From NCBI GenBank assembly GCA_963714975.1, contig CAVQQD010000002.1, positions 320,001 through 384,000 of the forward strand: a stretch of DNA of 64,000 bases. The letters run 5' to 3'. The DNA is from an uncultured Gammaproteobacteria bacterium. Its GTDB lineage: Bacteria; Pseudomonadota; Gammaproteobacteria; JAURND01. Both the position numbers and the translations under genes were made by a program. The notes beneath the pieces were generated by a model, which saw nothing but the letters and a program-made list of their open reading frames with translations, was not told the DNA's origin and ran no database searches. Positions 1 through 9,334 of the stretch are shown here, in pieces; position 1 is the first letter of the stretch; each line of letters opens with the position of its first letter.

Positions 1-857
1 ACATGGTTGAAATCATGAAACTTCATCATAAAAAATTTAAGGACCAGCAGCATTTGCCTTTAATCTATCCCATAGTTTTCTATCACGGTGGAGTTGTCTA
101 TCCTGGATCAACAGATTTATCGGATTTATTTCAGGATTCTCAGGAATTAATGCCACCCATATCCTGCCAACCATTTCAGCTGATTGATTTGAATACCATT
201 CCAGATCAAGCTTTGAAAAAAGATGATTGGTTAAGTATAATGCACATCACAATGAAGTATATTCGGGCACCGGATATATTGCCCCATCTGGCGGGCCTGG
301 CAAATGCCTGGAAAGAAGTGGATCGGGCAGGAGGGCATGATTATTTAGAAGCAGTCTTCACTTATATTTTTGCTGCAGCTGAGATAAGTGATCTCAATAA
401 ATTAATTGAGCTCATACAAGAAAGTTTATCTGATAACTCACAGGAGAACGTTATGACCATTGCACAACAATTGATAGAGCGCGGGAGACAAGAAGCTAGG
501 ACTGAAGTTATGACTATTGCAGAGCAGTTCGTAGAACGCGGGAGACAAGAAGCTAGGACTGAAGTTATGACTATTGCAGAGCAGTTCGTAGAACGCGGGA
601 GACAAGAAGCTAGGACTGAAGTTATGACTATTGCAGAGCAGTTCGTAGAACGTGGGCGTCAAGAGGCTAGGGCTGAGGTTATGACTATTGCAGAGCAGTT
701 CGTAGAACGTGGGCGACAACAAGGACAATCTGAAACGGCGGAAGCAATAGCCATGAAACTTTTGCAAACAGATTTTTCTGTTGAGCAGGTAGCACAATTA
801 ACCATGTTGCCGGTAAAAATAGTGGCTAGGCTAGAGCAAGGAGAGAGTGTTACTTAA
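1..857 (+). CDS. Rpn/YhgA-like recombination-promoting nuclease (putative transposase), 5'-truncated by the window edge
   Basis: LPLIYPIVFYHG, FQLIDL..IPD and MTIAEQ..ERGRQE motifs plus C-terminal IAMKLL..SVEQVAQLT typical of the Rpn family. Confidence 0.9.
   Translation, partial: MVEIMKLHHKKFKDQQHLPLIYPIVFYHGGVVYPGSTDLSDLFQDSQELMPPISCQPFQLIDLNTIPDQALKKDDWLSIMHITMKYIRAPDILPHLAGLANAWKEVDRAGGHDYLEAVFTYIFAAAEISDLNKLIELIQESLSDNSQENVMTIAQQLIERGRQEARTEVMTIAEQFVERGRQEARTEVMTIAEQFVERGRQEARTEVMTIAEQFVERGRQEARAEVMTIAEQFVERGRQQGQSETAEAIAMKLLQTDFSVEQVAQLTMLPVKIVARLEQGESVT
450..722 (+). repeat. In-frame 57-bp tandem repeat, about 5 copies (VMTIAEQFVERGRQEARTE)
   Basis: ATGs at 453, 510, 567, 624 and 681, exactly 57 bp apart; middle copies nearly identical. 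Confidence 0.97.
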
Positions 858-1006
858 CCTCATAGCTGCCTGGTTTTGCCAACTTTAGCAATGTAGTAGT
901 GAATAGTTACCAAAAATGATAGAAATGATGACGCTGATGCCAAACCTCAATTGATTCATCGGCTCAGCAGCATTAGACTAGTCCTCTTTTTAAAGGAGGG
1001 CTAATC

Positions 1007-1320
1007 ATGGAAAAGAAATTTTTGTGAACTTAAAATTAAGGCGAGCCATGACAGATATAGTATTTTCAGTAAATTGTGCTAAAAAGCTAGGTTCTTTGTA
1101 TTTTTTGCTGGAACACCGTAGTAGCTTACAGTATATTCAAGAATCGGACAAATGGCCCCATCTGGCAGGCTTGGCAAATGCCTGGAAAGCAGTCGATAGG
1201 GCAGGCGGGCATGATTATTTAGAAGCAGTCTTTACTGATATTCTTGAGCAAGCTGAGATGAGTGGATCTAGGTAAATTAATTGAGTTTCTACTAGAAAGT
1301 ATATCTGAGTTACAGGAGAG
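1007..1320 (+). pseudogene. Internally deleted second rpn copy
   Basis: RBS+ATG at 1007; FVNLKLRRAMTDIVFSV..LYFLLEHRSS (Rpn nuclease motif) joined to PHLAGLANAWKAVDRAGGHDYLEAVFT, near-identical to 283-362; similarity ends at CAGGAGA ~1319. Confidence 0.85.
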
Positions 1321-1339
1321 CTGATCTAGGCTAATTTCC

Positions 1340-2062
1340 TTAGCGAATGCTATCACCCCCATCGACAAAAATGGTTGTTCCTGTGGTAAATTCATTGCAC
1401 ATCAAATACACGGCTGTTTGCGCGATATCTTCAGGTTTCCCAATTCTATTGAGTGGTAAATTTTTTGCGGTTTGTTCAAAAAATGCTTTCCGTTCAGTTT
1501 CTGGCATCGCTGAAAATAGCGGAGTGTCCACTATCCCAGGGCAAATAACATTAACACGCAAGGGCGCTAACTCTAAAGCCAAGGCTCGTGCCAAGGATTC
1601 CACTGCGCCGTTAATTGAGGCAGGAATAGCCGATCCGCGAACTGGTCGATGTGCCCAGCAACCTGAGAAGAAAGTAATCGAGCCGCCGCTATTTAAATTA
1701 GAGGCAGCAAATTTCGCCGCATAATATTGCCCCCAGAATTTACTCTGATAGGAATTATGTTCATCCTCATAAGCCATTTGGGTAAAACTCCCGATAGAGA
1801 CACTCGCTCCTGGAGTTAGCAAATGATCAAATCGACCGATTTGGGCAAAAAATGCTTGCAATTCTTCTGGCTGCGCAGCATCCAAAGCATGGATAGCTGC
1901 TTGCCCCGATAATAGATCGTTGGCCTGCTGCAGTTTCTCGATACTGCGCCCAGCCAAAATAAGCTCTGCGCCTAAAGAATTAGCTGCTACTGCAGTAGCC
2001 AATCCCATGCCAGAACTGCCACCTATTATAACGATTTTTTTCCTAGATAAATCGAACATCAA
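1340..2062 (-). CDS. SDR family oxidoreductase
   Basis: IGGSSGMG Rossmann motif, RVNVICPG, VDGG. Confidence 0.9.
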   Translation of the reverse strand: MMFDLSRKKIVIIGGSSGMGLATAVAANSLGAELILAGRSIEKLQQANDLLSGQAAIHALDAAQPEELQAFFAQIGRFDHLLTPGASVSIGSFTQMAYEDEHNSYQSKFWGQYYAAKFAASNLNSGGSITFFSGCWAHRPVRGSAIPASINGAVESLARALALELAPLRVNVICPGIVDTPLFSAMPETERKAFFEQTAKNLPLNRIGKPEDIAQTAVYLMCNEFTTGTTIFVDGGDSIR

Positions 2063-2083
2063 AATCTCCTAATTAAAGTTAGC

Positions 2084-2248
2084 CTCTATAGGGGACAAAA
2101 CATAATCCCTCCCTTGGGAAAAGGGGGATTAAGGGGGATTTAAAAAGATGAGGATGTTAATGTTATTTTCGTAGTACTCAATGCTGCTTTAAATCCCTCT
2201 TAACCTCCCTTTTCCCAAGGGAGGGATTATGTTTTGTCTCCTACAGAG
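2084..2248. repeat. MITE/REP-like element with 61-bp inverted repeats
   Basis: 2084-2144 is the reverse complement of 2188-2248 at 56/61 positions. Confidence 0.9.
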
Positions 2249-2251
2249 AAG

Positions 2252-3718
2252 TTAATAGAGTAGGCTGTCCTCTGGGTTTGATTCTATGGTAAGCTTGAGT
2301 TGGTGAACTTCGCGCAGTATACAGCCTTCTGGCAAAAATTGTAAATTAAAATATCTCCTCAGGATACAATTGTGATTTTCTGCATTCCCATCTAGTCCTT
2401 CCCTGATCAATTCTTGAATAATTTCTTGCTTATTGGTGGGCTCTCTTAAGCAAGCAAGGGTTTTATCCGATGATGAAGGCTTTTCGTGCCATAACCAGCT
2501 TTGTTCGCCAAGCTTTGCTATTTCAGTTTGATATTGTTTAAACACAGAAGATTTATCCTCATTGGCCCGATATTTTTGTGCGTAATCTGCATAGAGGTCA
2601 TGTAATTTTCTATAAGATATGGATTTATTTAGTTGATTTATACTGATAGGATCATCGGCCCATACTGTTTGTAAGCTCTGTCTAATTGTAGAATTATTTT
2701 CATACAACAATTGCAAGTTGATATAAGCTTTTTTTGCCATGCCAGACAAATCCTTCAGCTTATCACTTGCGGCCAGTGTATCTAGCATAACCTCCATGTT
2801 TTCTGCATCAGAATAAAAATCCAACAATTCTTTAGAAGGTTTAAAATCTTGCTGGTTTTTCGAGTCACTGACCTCAGCTAAATCTTTTACCGCTTTAAAA
2901 TAGAGGGCTTCAGCCAGCCTATGTTGTTCATAATGCGACACTATTTCTGGCGAACCTAAGGCTTTTTTAAAATTATTTTTAAAGGAGTGGGCTGTATAGG
3001 GACTATCAAAGGTAGTTTGTAGTAAATTTATTGCCCTCCCAGCGTTTTTAGCCGCTTCAGAATCTGTTTTTTGTTTAACAAGTGCCCTAAAAATACCCTT
3101 TAATATTTGGTCCATAAGCACAGCACCCTCCTTTTCATCGTAAAGTTTATTAATCACAGGCTCTGCACTCTTATAACCATTGGCCATATTTGCTATATGC
3201 TGAGTTATTTGCTTGGATTCCATAGATTGAATTTCAGTAAAAACGCTGAGTCGTTCTGGGGGCGCCACATCTAGTGGGGTAGGGGATGAGATTGTATTTG
3301 AATTTTTATGGGATTGATTAGGTTCTAGCGGGAAAGTTTTGTTTAATGGTTTTGTTCTACTACCAATAAGTTCCTCATGCATAATTGGTTCTTCTCCTTT
3401 GGATGTTTTTGTAGGATCTTTGGGGTCTAATTGCAAGTTGGAACTTATATTCACAGTTTCGCTTGCTTGTGTCAATGGTTGAGGTAAGGTCGAACTGACA
3501 GGATTGCTTGGATTGTTTTGTGGTGCATCACCTTGTATTTCATCTGAAACTGGACGTGAGGATTTTATTATCCAATAAATAGCATAAGGAATAATCCACA
3601 GAGGAAATGATAATATTATTAATAAAGTTTTCCACCAGGCTCTAGTAGGTTCTGGCTTATTCAGTAAAGGAGATTGATCTAAGGTAGATTTTGAACTTGG
3701 CTCTTTCTGCTCTAACAT
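2252..3718 (-). CDS. Hypothetical protein with N-terminal membrane anchor, effector-like
   Basis: 488-aa ORF; hydrophobic segment aa ~28-51, then P/S/T-rich linker and helical region. Confidence 0.7.
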   Translation of the reverse strand: MLEQKEPSSKSTLDQSPLLNKPEPTRAWWKTLLIILSFPLWIIPYAIYWIIKSSRPVSDEIQGDAPQNNPSNPVSSTLPQPLTQASETVNISSNLQLDPKDPTKTSKGEEPIMHEELIGSRTKPLNKTFPLEPNQSHKNSNTISSPTPLDVAPPERLSVFTEIQSMESKQITQHIANMANGYKSAEPVINKLYDEKEGAVLMDQILKGIFRALVKQKTDSEAAKNAGRAINLLQTTFDSPYTAHSFKNNFKKALGSPEIVSHYEQHRLAEALYFKAVKDLAEVSDSKNQQDFKPSKELLDFYSDAENMEVMLDTLAASDKLKDLSGMAKKAYINLQLLYENNSTIRQSLQTVWADDPISINQLNKSISYRKLHDLYADYAQKYRANEDKSSVFKQYQTEIAKLGEQSWLWHEKPSSSDKTLACLREPTNKQEIIQELIREGLDGNAENHNCILRRYFNLQFLPEGCILREVHQLKLTIESNPEDSLLY

Positions 3719-3806
3719 ATTTTTTCACTTTCAGTAGGATAGTTAATTTAGCTCATAGTATACTATTATTCTTAAAATAGGATTAAGGGTGACTCTTATA
3801 CAAGCA

Positions 3807-5120
3807 TTAAAAATGGCCAAAGTCCCGGAATAGCGATAGCAGCAAAACCAGATTTGCCACTACAATGAGACTGCCAAAAACCCACCCTATATATCGCATC
3901 CAGCGACGATTGACCAAATCTCCCATACAACTTGTATTGGAAGTAAGTAAGAGTAATGCCAGCATGGCTAAAGGCAATTGTAGGCTTAAAAAAACTTGTG
4001 ACCCTACTAACAGCATTGTGGTGCTGCTTTCACCACAATAAGCAATCACTATTATCGCAGGAATAATCGCCAGCAAACGGGTAATAAGACGCCGTAGCCA
4101 GGGCTTGATATGCAGCTTGATATATCCGGCCATCACTACCTGGCCGGCTAATGTGCCAGTAATGCTGGCGCTTTGTCCAGCTACTAATAACATGATCGCA
4201 AAAATAATAGCTGATACACTGGTTCCCAACAGGGGTGTGAATAGGCGATGGGCATCTGATAATGCTGTAATCTCTAGATGCCCGTTGTGATGAAATGTAC
4301 TTGCCGCTAAAATTACCAGTGCGATATTGAGAAGCATGGCTCCTCCCAGAGAAATAATGGTATTACATGTAGCTTGCATCGCGGCTTTATGAAGGTCATT
4401 CGAGCGATCTTTTATAACTAAATTGGAATGCAGATAAAGATTATGAGGCATGATCGTAGCCCCGATCACGCCTATGGCTAAAAAAAGTAATTGTGGATCA
4501 AATACCAGACGTTGCGTAGGTACAAAACCCTGCAAGATTTCTTTCATGATAGGCTGGGAAAGCGAAAGTTCATAGAGCAGACCGCAAGCAATAATAAATA
4601 AAAAAGATACAATGATGCGCTCTAGCAATCGTGACTTTCGTTTATCTAACGCAAGCATTAAGAACACATCCAATGTCGTCATCACTACGCCGATGGCAAT
4701 AGGAATATCGAACAATAATTTTAGCGCAATTGCTGCGCCTATCACTTCAGCCAGGTCAGTGGCCATGATCGTCAGTTCTGCAGCGATCCAGGCAGGTAAA
4801 GCGAATTTTGGCCAAACTTCACGTGATAGTTGAGCTAAATCTTTACCTGTGGCAATTCCTAAGCGTGCACTCATCACTTGTAAGAGCATAGCAATTAGAC
4901 TGGAAGCAAATACGATTGATAAAAGCGCATAACCTGCATAGGCACCCCCGGCAATATCCGTCGCCCAATTCCCGGGGTCTATATAGCCAACAGCTATCAA
5001 AGCGCCTGGGCCGATTAATGTTAGTTTTCGCCACCAAGCGGCTTTTTTAGTTTTTGCCGTTAAACTATGGGGTGTTTGAATTTCACCCCCTATTGCTTTG
5101 GAAGAGGAAGTTTCTACCAT
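3807..5120 (-). CDS. mntH: Nramp-family Mn2+ transporter
   Basis: GYIDPGNW and MPHNLYLHS Nramp signatures. Confidence 0.95.
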   Translation of the reverse strand: MVETSSSKAIGGEIQTPHSLTAKTKKAAWWRKLTLIGPGALIAVGYIDPGNWATDIAGGAYAGYALLSIVFASSLIAMLLQVMSARLGIATGKDLAQLSREVWPKFALPAWIAAELTIMATDLAEVIGAAIALKLLFDIPIAIGVVMTTLDVFLMLALDKRKSRLLERIIVSFLFIIACGLLYELSLSQPIMKEILQGFVPTQRLVFDPQLLFLAIGVIGATIMPHNLYLHSNLVIKDRSNDLHKAAMQATCNTIISLGGAMLLNIALVILAASTFHHNGHLEITALSDAHRLFTPLLGTSVSAIIFAIMLLVAGQSASITGTLAGQVVMAGYIKLHIKPWLRRLITRLLAIIPAIIVIAYCGESSTTMLLVGSQVFLSLQLPLAMLALLLLTSNTSCMGDLVNRRWMRYIGWVFGSLIVVANLVLLLSLFRDFGHF

Positions 5121-5122
5121 AA

Positions 5123-6295
5123 TTAATCTGGCACTATGGGTGTGTCGCTTTTGGGTATGTTTGCCAGTACCGATTCATCAATATGCAAATGGGCGCGAAC
5201 TAGCTCATGGGGTGTTAATGATAACCATTGTGCCAACGAAATATCTTCAAAGTGATCACTGCGAAATAATTCAAGAAATCGCAAGGTGGTTGTGCCAGTA
5301 TTTTCAACATAATGGGGCATGAAACGTGGCACATAACCAATATCGCCCGCCTGATAATCGTAAGTCCCGGCATTAGAGTCGGCATTGAATACTGTCATGC
5401 GTGCCAGGCCAGAAAGATAATATTGCAATTCATCGCCATTGCTGTGCCAATGCAGTTCACGCATTCCGCCGGGTGCTACTTCCACCAGCGCTGCAGCGAT
5501 AGTTTTTGCCGCTTTGAAAGTATTCGAGTCAACAATGCGAATGGTGCCACTTTTGGTTCGCAAGGGTTGTTGAGTTAACATCCGATAACTAAACCAATCA
5601 GGTACTGGTCCCGCGCCTGCCAGGCGATCAGCGGTCAAAGGACCTGGAATAGCGGCTTGGAAAATATAAAGCTCTTTATCAGGTAGATGAGCAAATGCCT
5701 TTTCGGTTACCCCAAAATTTTTAGCAAGTATGTCCTTTGGCATATGCGACAGGACATCTGACAGCAAAAATGTTTTATTTTCATCGAAATAACCGTCATC
5801 AAAAACTAGCAAGAATTCACAACCATCCGGTTCAAGACCTTGAATAGAATGTGGAACTCCCGCAGGGAAAAACCATAAATCGCCTTCACCCACATCATCA
5901 GCAAAGGTACGATAATAGGCATCAACAGCGGTGATTCGCGCTCGACCTTTGAGCATGTAAGCCCATTCTGCCTCTTTATGCCAGTGCAACTCCCGAATGG
6001 CGCCTGCTTTAAGCCGCATATTAACCGCTGAAAGATCAGTTGCGATGGAAAGTTCTCTAAAGGTGACCTGACGTGCCCAACCACCCTCTTCCAATCGCAT
6101 ATGGCTATCGGTAAAGGACCATTTCAAATTAGGCATGGTACCCGAATCGGTGGGGGGAGGGCTGATCCTGTCGGGGTTTTCAAGCGCACGAGAAGGGTTA
6201 GTAGGCCCTAAAATAGATGCCCCTTTGTTACCGCGAATCGGGAGAGGTGACTGAGAGATTTTACGAGGTGTCTTTAACTTCGATCTGCGTGGCAT
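5123..6295 (-). CDS. oxdC: Oxalate decarboxylase (bicupin)
   Basis: Two RELHWH..E cupin Mn-binding motifs, GGWARQVT. Confidence 0.93.
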   Translation of the reverse strand: MPRRSKLKTPRKISQSPLPIRGNKGASILGPTNPSRALENPDRISPPPTDSGTMPNLKWSFTDSHMRLEEGGWARQVTFRELSIATDLSAVNMRLKAGAIRELHWHKEAEWAYMLKGRARITAVDAYYRTFADDVGEGDLWFFPAGVPHSIQGLEPDGCEFLLVFDDGYFDENKTFLLSDVLSHMPKDILAKNFGVTEKAFAHLPDKELYIFQAAIPGPLTADRLAGAGPVPDWFSYRMLTQQPLRTKSGTIRIVDSNTFKAAKTIAAALVEVAPGGMRELHWHSNGDELQYYLSGLARMTVFNADSNAGTYDYQAGDIGYVPRFMPHYVENTGTTTLRFLELFRSDHFEDISLAQWLSLTPHELVRAHLHIDESVLANIPKSDTPIVPD

Positions 6296-6379
6296 ACTAA
6301 AACCTCCATATTTTATCGCTTAATTATAGGAGGGATTAGAAATTTTGCACGAGACTATACGGGTGCTCGAAGAACTGGT

Positions 6380-7294
6380 TTATTCCAACATCGGGTAGCG
6401 TCGCGTCAATTGTTTAAATGCCTTCATTACGCGGCTCACAGAAATAAAATATTTCCAATAGCGTTCTTTCCAGGTTTTTAAAATGAGCGGCACGGAAGGA
6501 AGTAAGGCAATGCCAGGCGCCCAGCTGGGTCTCCAGCGGAGTTTCAGTTTGCGGCGCTGCATTAAGGTTAGGGTAGGGATGCCCAGATTAGAGGCCAGGT
6601 GGCCAATGCCGGAGTCATTGCCAATAAACCAGCCGCTTTCGTAGAGCCAACGTGCTAATTGATCTAAATTATCTGGGATCTTATTGGCTAAATGATGAGT
6701 CTGAATCCAAGACACTTCCTTCAGCTCAGTAGGGGCCACCACAAACATCGGCTGATAACCAGCATTTATAAGTTGGTGGAATAACTCAATAAAACGATTC
6801 GCTAACCAATAACGAATTTTCATGTGCGCGGTAGGGTGAATAGCGACACGTTTTTGATGCTGGCGAAACAATAGGCCTGGAGGTGCTATAAGACCATTTG
6901 AGTGCACGACATCGGATAATTGCAGCAGTTCCTGACAGGCCGCCACTTGTAAATCGAGCATGGATTTACAACGACGATAAAGAGGATAATTATCAAAAGC
7001 TTCGACAAAGGTATGCCATTCTCGCGCTTGAAATAGCACGTCATGGGGATAAGAATGTAACAGCAAGTCAAAAGGTTTTAATATTTGCGTTGCGCTGGCC
7101 TCATCCGTGGGGTAGGGTTGAATATTATTCTCAGGGAACCAAGCACGAAGTGCATAAAGGTAATTGCTAAAAACAGTAACTGCATAATTATTACGGCGCA
7201 AGTTATGTACCACGACCATTGCTAATAAAGAATCCCCTAGCCGTGGTGACATAATAAAGGCAATGGTTTTCACTGAGGTCAAATTGATTGTCAT
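6380..7294 (-). CDS. Glycosyltransferase family 9 (heptosyltransferase-like)
   Basis: RLGDSL and FIGNDSGIGHLA motifs. Confidence 0.88.
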   Translation of the reverse strand: MTINLTSVKTIAFIMSPRLGDSLLAMVVVHNLRRNNYAVTVFSNYLYALRAWFPENNIQPYPTDEASATQILKPFDLLLHSYPHDVLFQAREWHTFVEAFDNYPLYRRCKSMLDLQVAACQELLQLSDVVHSNGLIAPPGLLFRQHQKRVAIHPTAHMKIRYWLANRFIELFHQLINAGYQPMFVVAPTELKEVSWIQTHHLANKIPDNLDQLARWLYESGWFIGNDSGIGHLASNLGIPTLTLMQRRKLKLRWRPSWAPGIALLPSVPLILKTWKERYWKYFISVSRVMKAFKQLTRRYPMLE

Positions 7295-8568
7295 GAGCGG
7301 TTTCCTTCTGGAGAAGTCCTGGCAAAAAATAAGCTGGTAAATAACACATAAAAATGTCCGGTAACGCTAGCATAGATGAATGTATTAAACAAGGAAGCGA
7401 GCATGAAGGAAAAGATCAGGGCTTGTGCTATTTGACGTTCCCGACCTAGGTTAAAACTTATACGCCATTGCCAATAATAAAAATACAAGAAAATAACTAA
7501 GCCTACTAAACCAAATTGCACCAAAATGTGTAAATAATCACTATGCGGAGTGACTAAGTGTCCCGTCCAGCCTGGAATGCCCCCCACGCGTCGATTGGCT
7601 TCAGCAAAAGAGCCAGTGCCTAAACCAAAAATAACATTATGTTTAATCAAGTGCAGACTAAATTTATAAAAACTAATGCGAAAGCAACCCGAAGTTTTTT
7701 CCTGGGTGAGGACAGAACATTGCAAATCGGCACTCGCCTCATGGATTTTCGATTTAAAGGCTGGAGAAAATTGATAAGCTAACAGGCTGAGCAAAATTGC
7801 TATGACTGCTCCTATACCAATAGCTCTAAAAATTAGCAGGAGCCGATAGCTAAATTTCATAGGAATAGGACTCAGTGCATCTTTTTGGCAATGATGGATA
7901 CAAAATAATACCACCAACCCAAAATAAACGATCCACCCGGTACGTCCATCATTAATGAAAAATTCTTGATAGGTAAATGCTATGACTAGTATCCAATAAA
8001 TCCAGCGGTATTTTGCTGCAGTCCAAGCTCGATGGGCTAAAAGATAAGTAGCGAAAGCAATAAAATAGCTAGTTTCAATGTGGTTAGTAAAAATATAACT
8101 AGGATGAATTTGAGAATGACCAAAGACAAACTGGATCCCTAAAAAAGCTTTGAAATAAGAGAGCAGGACGGTAATTCCCACCGCCAATAAAAAAGCATTA
8201 ATTATCCACGGGCGCCAACGCTTGTTCAAGCATAGTGGGATCAAAAGTGGAATATAAAGTAATTTAGCATATTTATGTAATGCAGATGAAATGTCATGCC
8301 AGACGCCAATGCCCCACAAGGAGTCGATTATCACTAAGCCAAAAAATACTAGGGCAATGCGCACTAAAGGATGAGATTTTACTAGCTTAAACTCGGAGAA
8401 AAATAAACCGGATAGCAGGCATAAGGCCGCAGCAACAGGCATAAAAATATCGGTAGCGGTAATACTAATCGGACAGACAAAGGCTGCTAACACCAAAGCA
8501 ATGTGCCCTAATCGGTCTAAATAAGGGCATGAATTAAGATAAAATTTACGCAAGTTAGCAAAATACAT
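7291..8568 (-). CDS. O-antigen ligase family protein
   Basis: Polytopic membrane protein, GRTG, FGLGTGSF, PHSDYLHILVQFGLVG. Confidence 0.88.
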   Translation of the reverse strand: MYFANLRKFYLNSCPYLDRLGHIALVLAAFVCPISITATDIFMPVAAALCLLSGLFFSEFKLVKSHPLVRIALVFFGLVIIDSLWGIGVWHDISSALHKYAKLLYIPLLIPLCLNKRWRPWIINAFLLAVGITVLLSYFKAFLGIQFVFGHSQIHPSYIFTNHIETSYFIAFATYLLAHRAWTAAKYRWIYWILVIAFTYQEFFINDGRTGWIVYFGLVVLFCIHHCQKDALSPIPMKFSYRLLLIFRAIGIGAVIAILLSLLAYQFSPAFKSKIHEASADLQCSVLTQEKTSGCFRISFYKFSLHLIKHNVIFGLGTGSFAEANRRVGGIPGWTGHLVTPHSDYLHILVQFGLVGLVIFLYFYYWQWRISFNLGRERQIAQALIFSFMLASLFNTFIYASVTGHFYVLFTSLFFARTSPEGNRS

Positions 8569-8571
8569 TTT

Positions 8572-9333
8572 TTAAGTCTCTAGCCAGAACTCAGCATATA
8601 ACGGGGCATGATCCGATAAACGTCGCCAAGGTAATTTATAGAGGCATTTACAGCTCAAGGCTTTGGTGCCTCGGTAATAAATCCGATCCACCGCTAAAGT
8701 AGGCCGCCAAGCAGGAAAAGTTTTGGCGTGTTTGCCGGTTAATTCTTTAAAAACTTCTGATAATTGCAAATGCGTTTCAAGAAAACGCTCTGCCTGGGCC
8801 AGCCAGTCATTAAAATCGCCGGCAATAATCAGCGGTGCGTCTTTCGGAACATGAGATTCAATGCGTTCGCATAAAGTTGTTAATTGGCGCAGTCGTTCCA
8901 TCCTGAACAAGCCGAGATGAATGCATATCACATGGATAGGGGACAAAACATGAGGAATATTCAATATACCATGCAATAAACTGCGGCTCGCTCTTGTGTG
9001 TTCAGAGACATCAATATTTTCCCAGGAAATAAATGGAAATTTACTTAAAATCGCATTTCCATGATGGCCTTGGTCGTAGATAGCATTTTTACCATAAGCA
9101 AAATGCGGCCAAAGTTGTGCGGCCAAAAATTCAAATTGAGATTGACTGGGCCAATTCTCAATCTTGGTTTCATAAACTTTGTGTTGGCCCTGAATTTCTT
9201 GTAAAAATACAATATGAGGATGTATGGTGTCGATGGCTTCCTTAATTTGGTGGAGGACGAAACGCGAAACCATTGCGCTAAAGCCTTTATGGATGTTATA
9301 GGTAAGAATTTTGATCACTTCTTGATCTGACAT
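8572..9333 (-). CDS. ybhP: Endonuclease/exonuclease/phosphatase family protein (YbhP-like)
   Basis: TYNIHKG, LQE, AGDFND, SDHAPL; adjacent to clsB. Confidence 0.9.
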   Translation of the reverse strand: MSDQEVIKILTYNIHKGFSAMVSRFVLHQIKEAIDTIHPHIVFLQEIQGQHKVYETKIENWPSQSQFEFLAAQLWPHFAYGKNAIYDQGHHGNAILSKFPFISWENIDVSEHTRASRSLLHGILNIPHVLSPIHVICIHLGLFRMERLRQLTTLCERIESHVPKDAPLIIAGDFNDWLAQAERFLETHLQLSEVFKELTGKHAKTFPAWRPTLAVDRIYYRGTKALSCKCLYKLPWRRLSDHAPLYAEFWLET

Positions 9334-9334
9334 G

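Noticed and set aside
450-722. 57-bp repeats as a CRISPR array
   Set aside because: No unique spacers, in-frame coding repeats, no cas genes
438-797. Antisense repetitive ORF
   Set aside because: Shadow of the rpn repeat with no recognisable motif
6296-6379. Mn riboswitch upstream of oxdC-mntH
   Set aside because: No yybP-ykoY consensus; the gap is short and a TATAAT box lies close to the RBS
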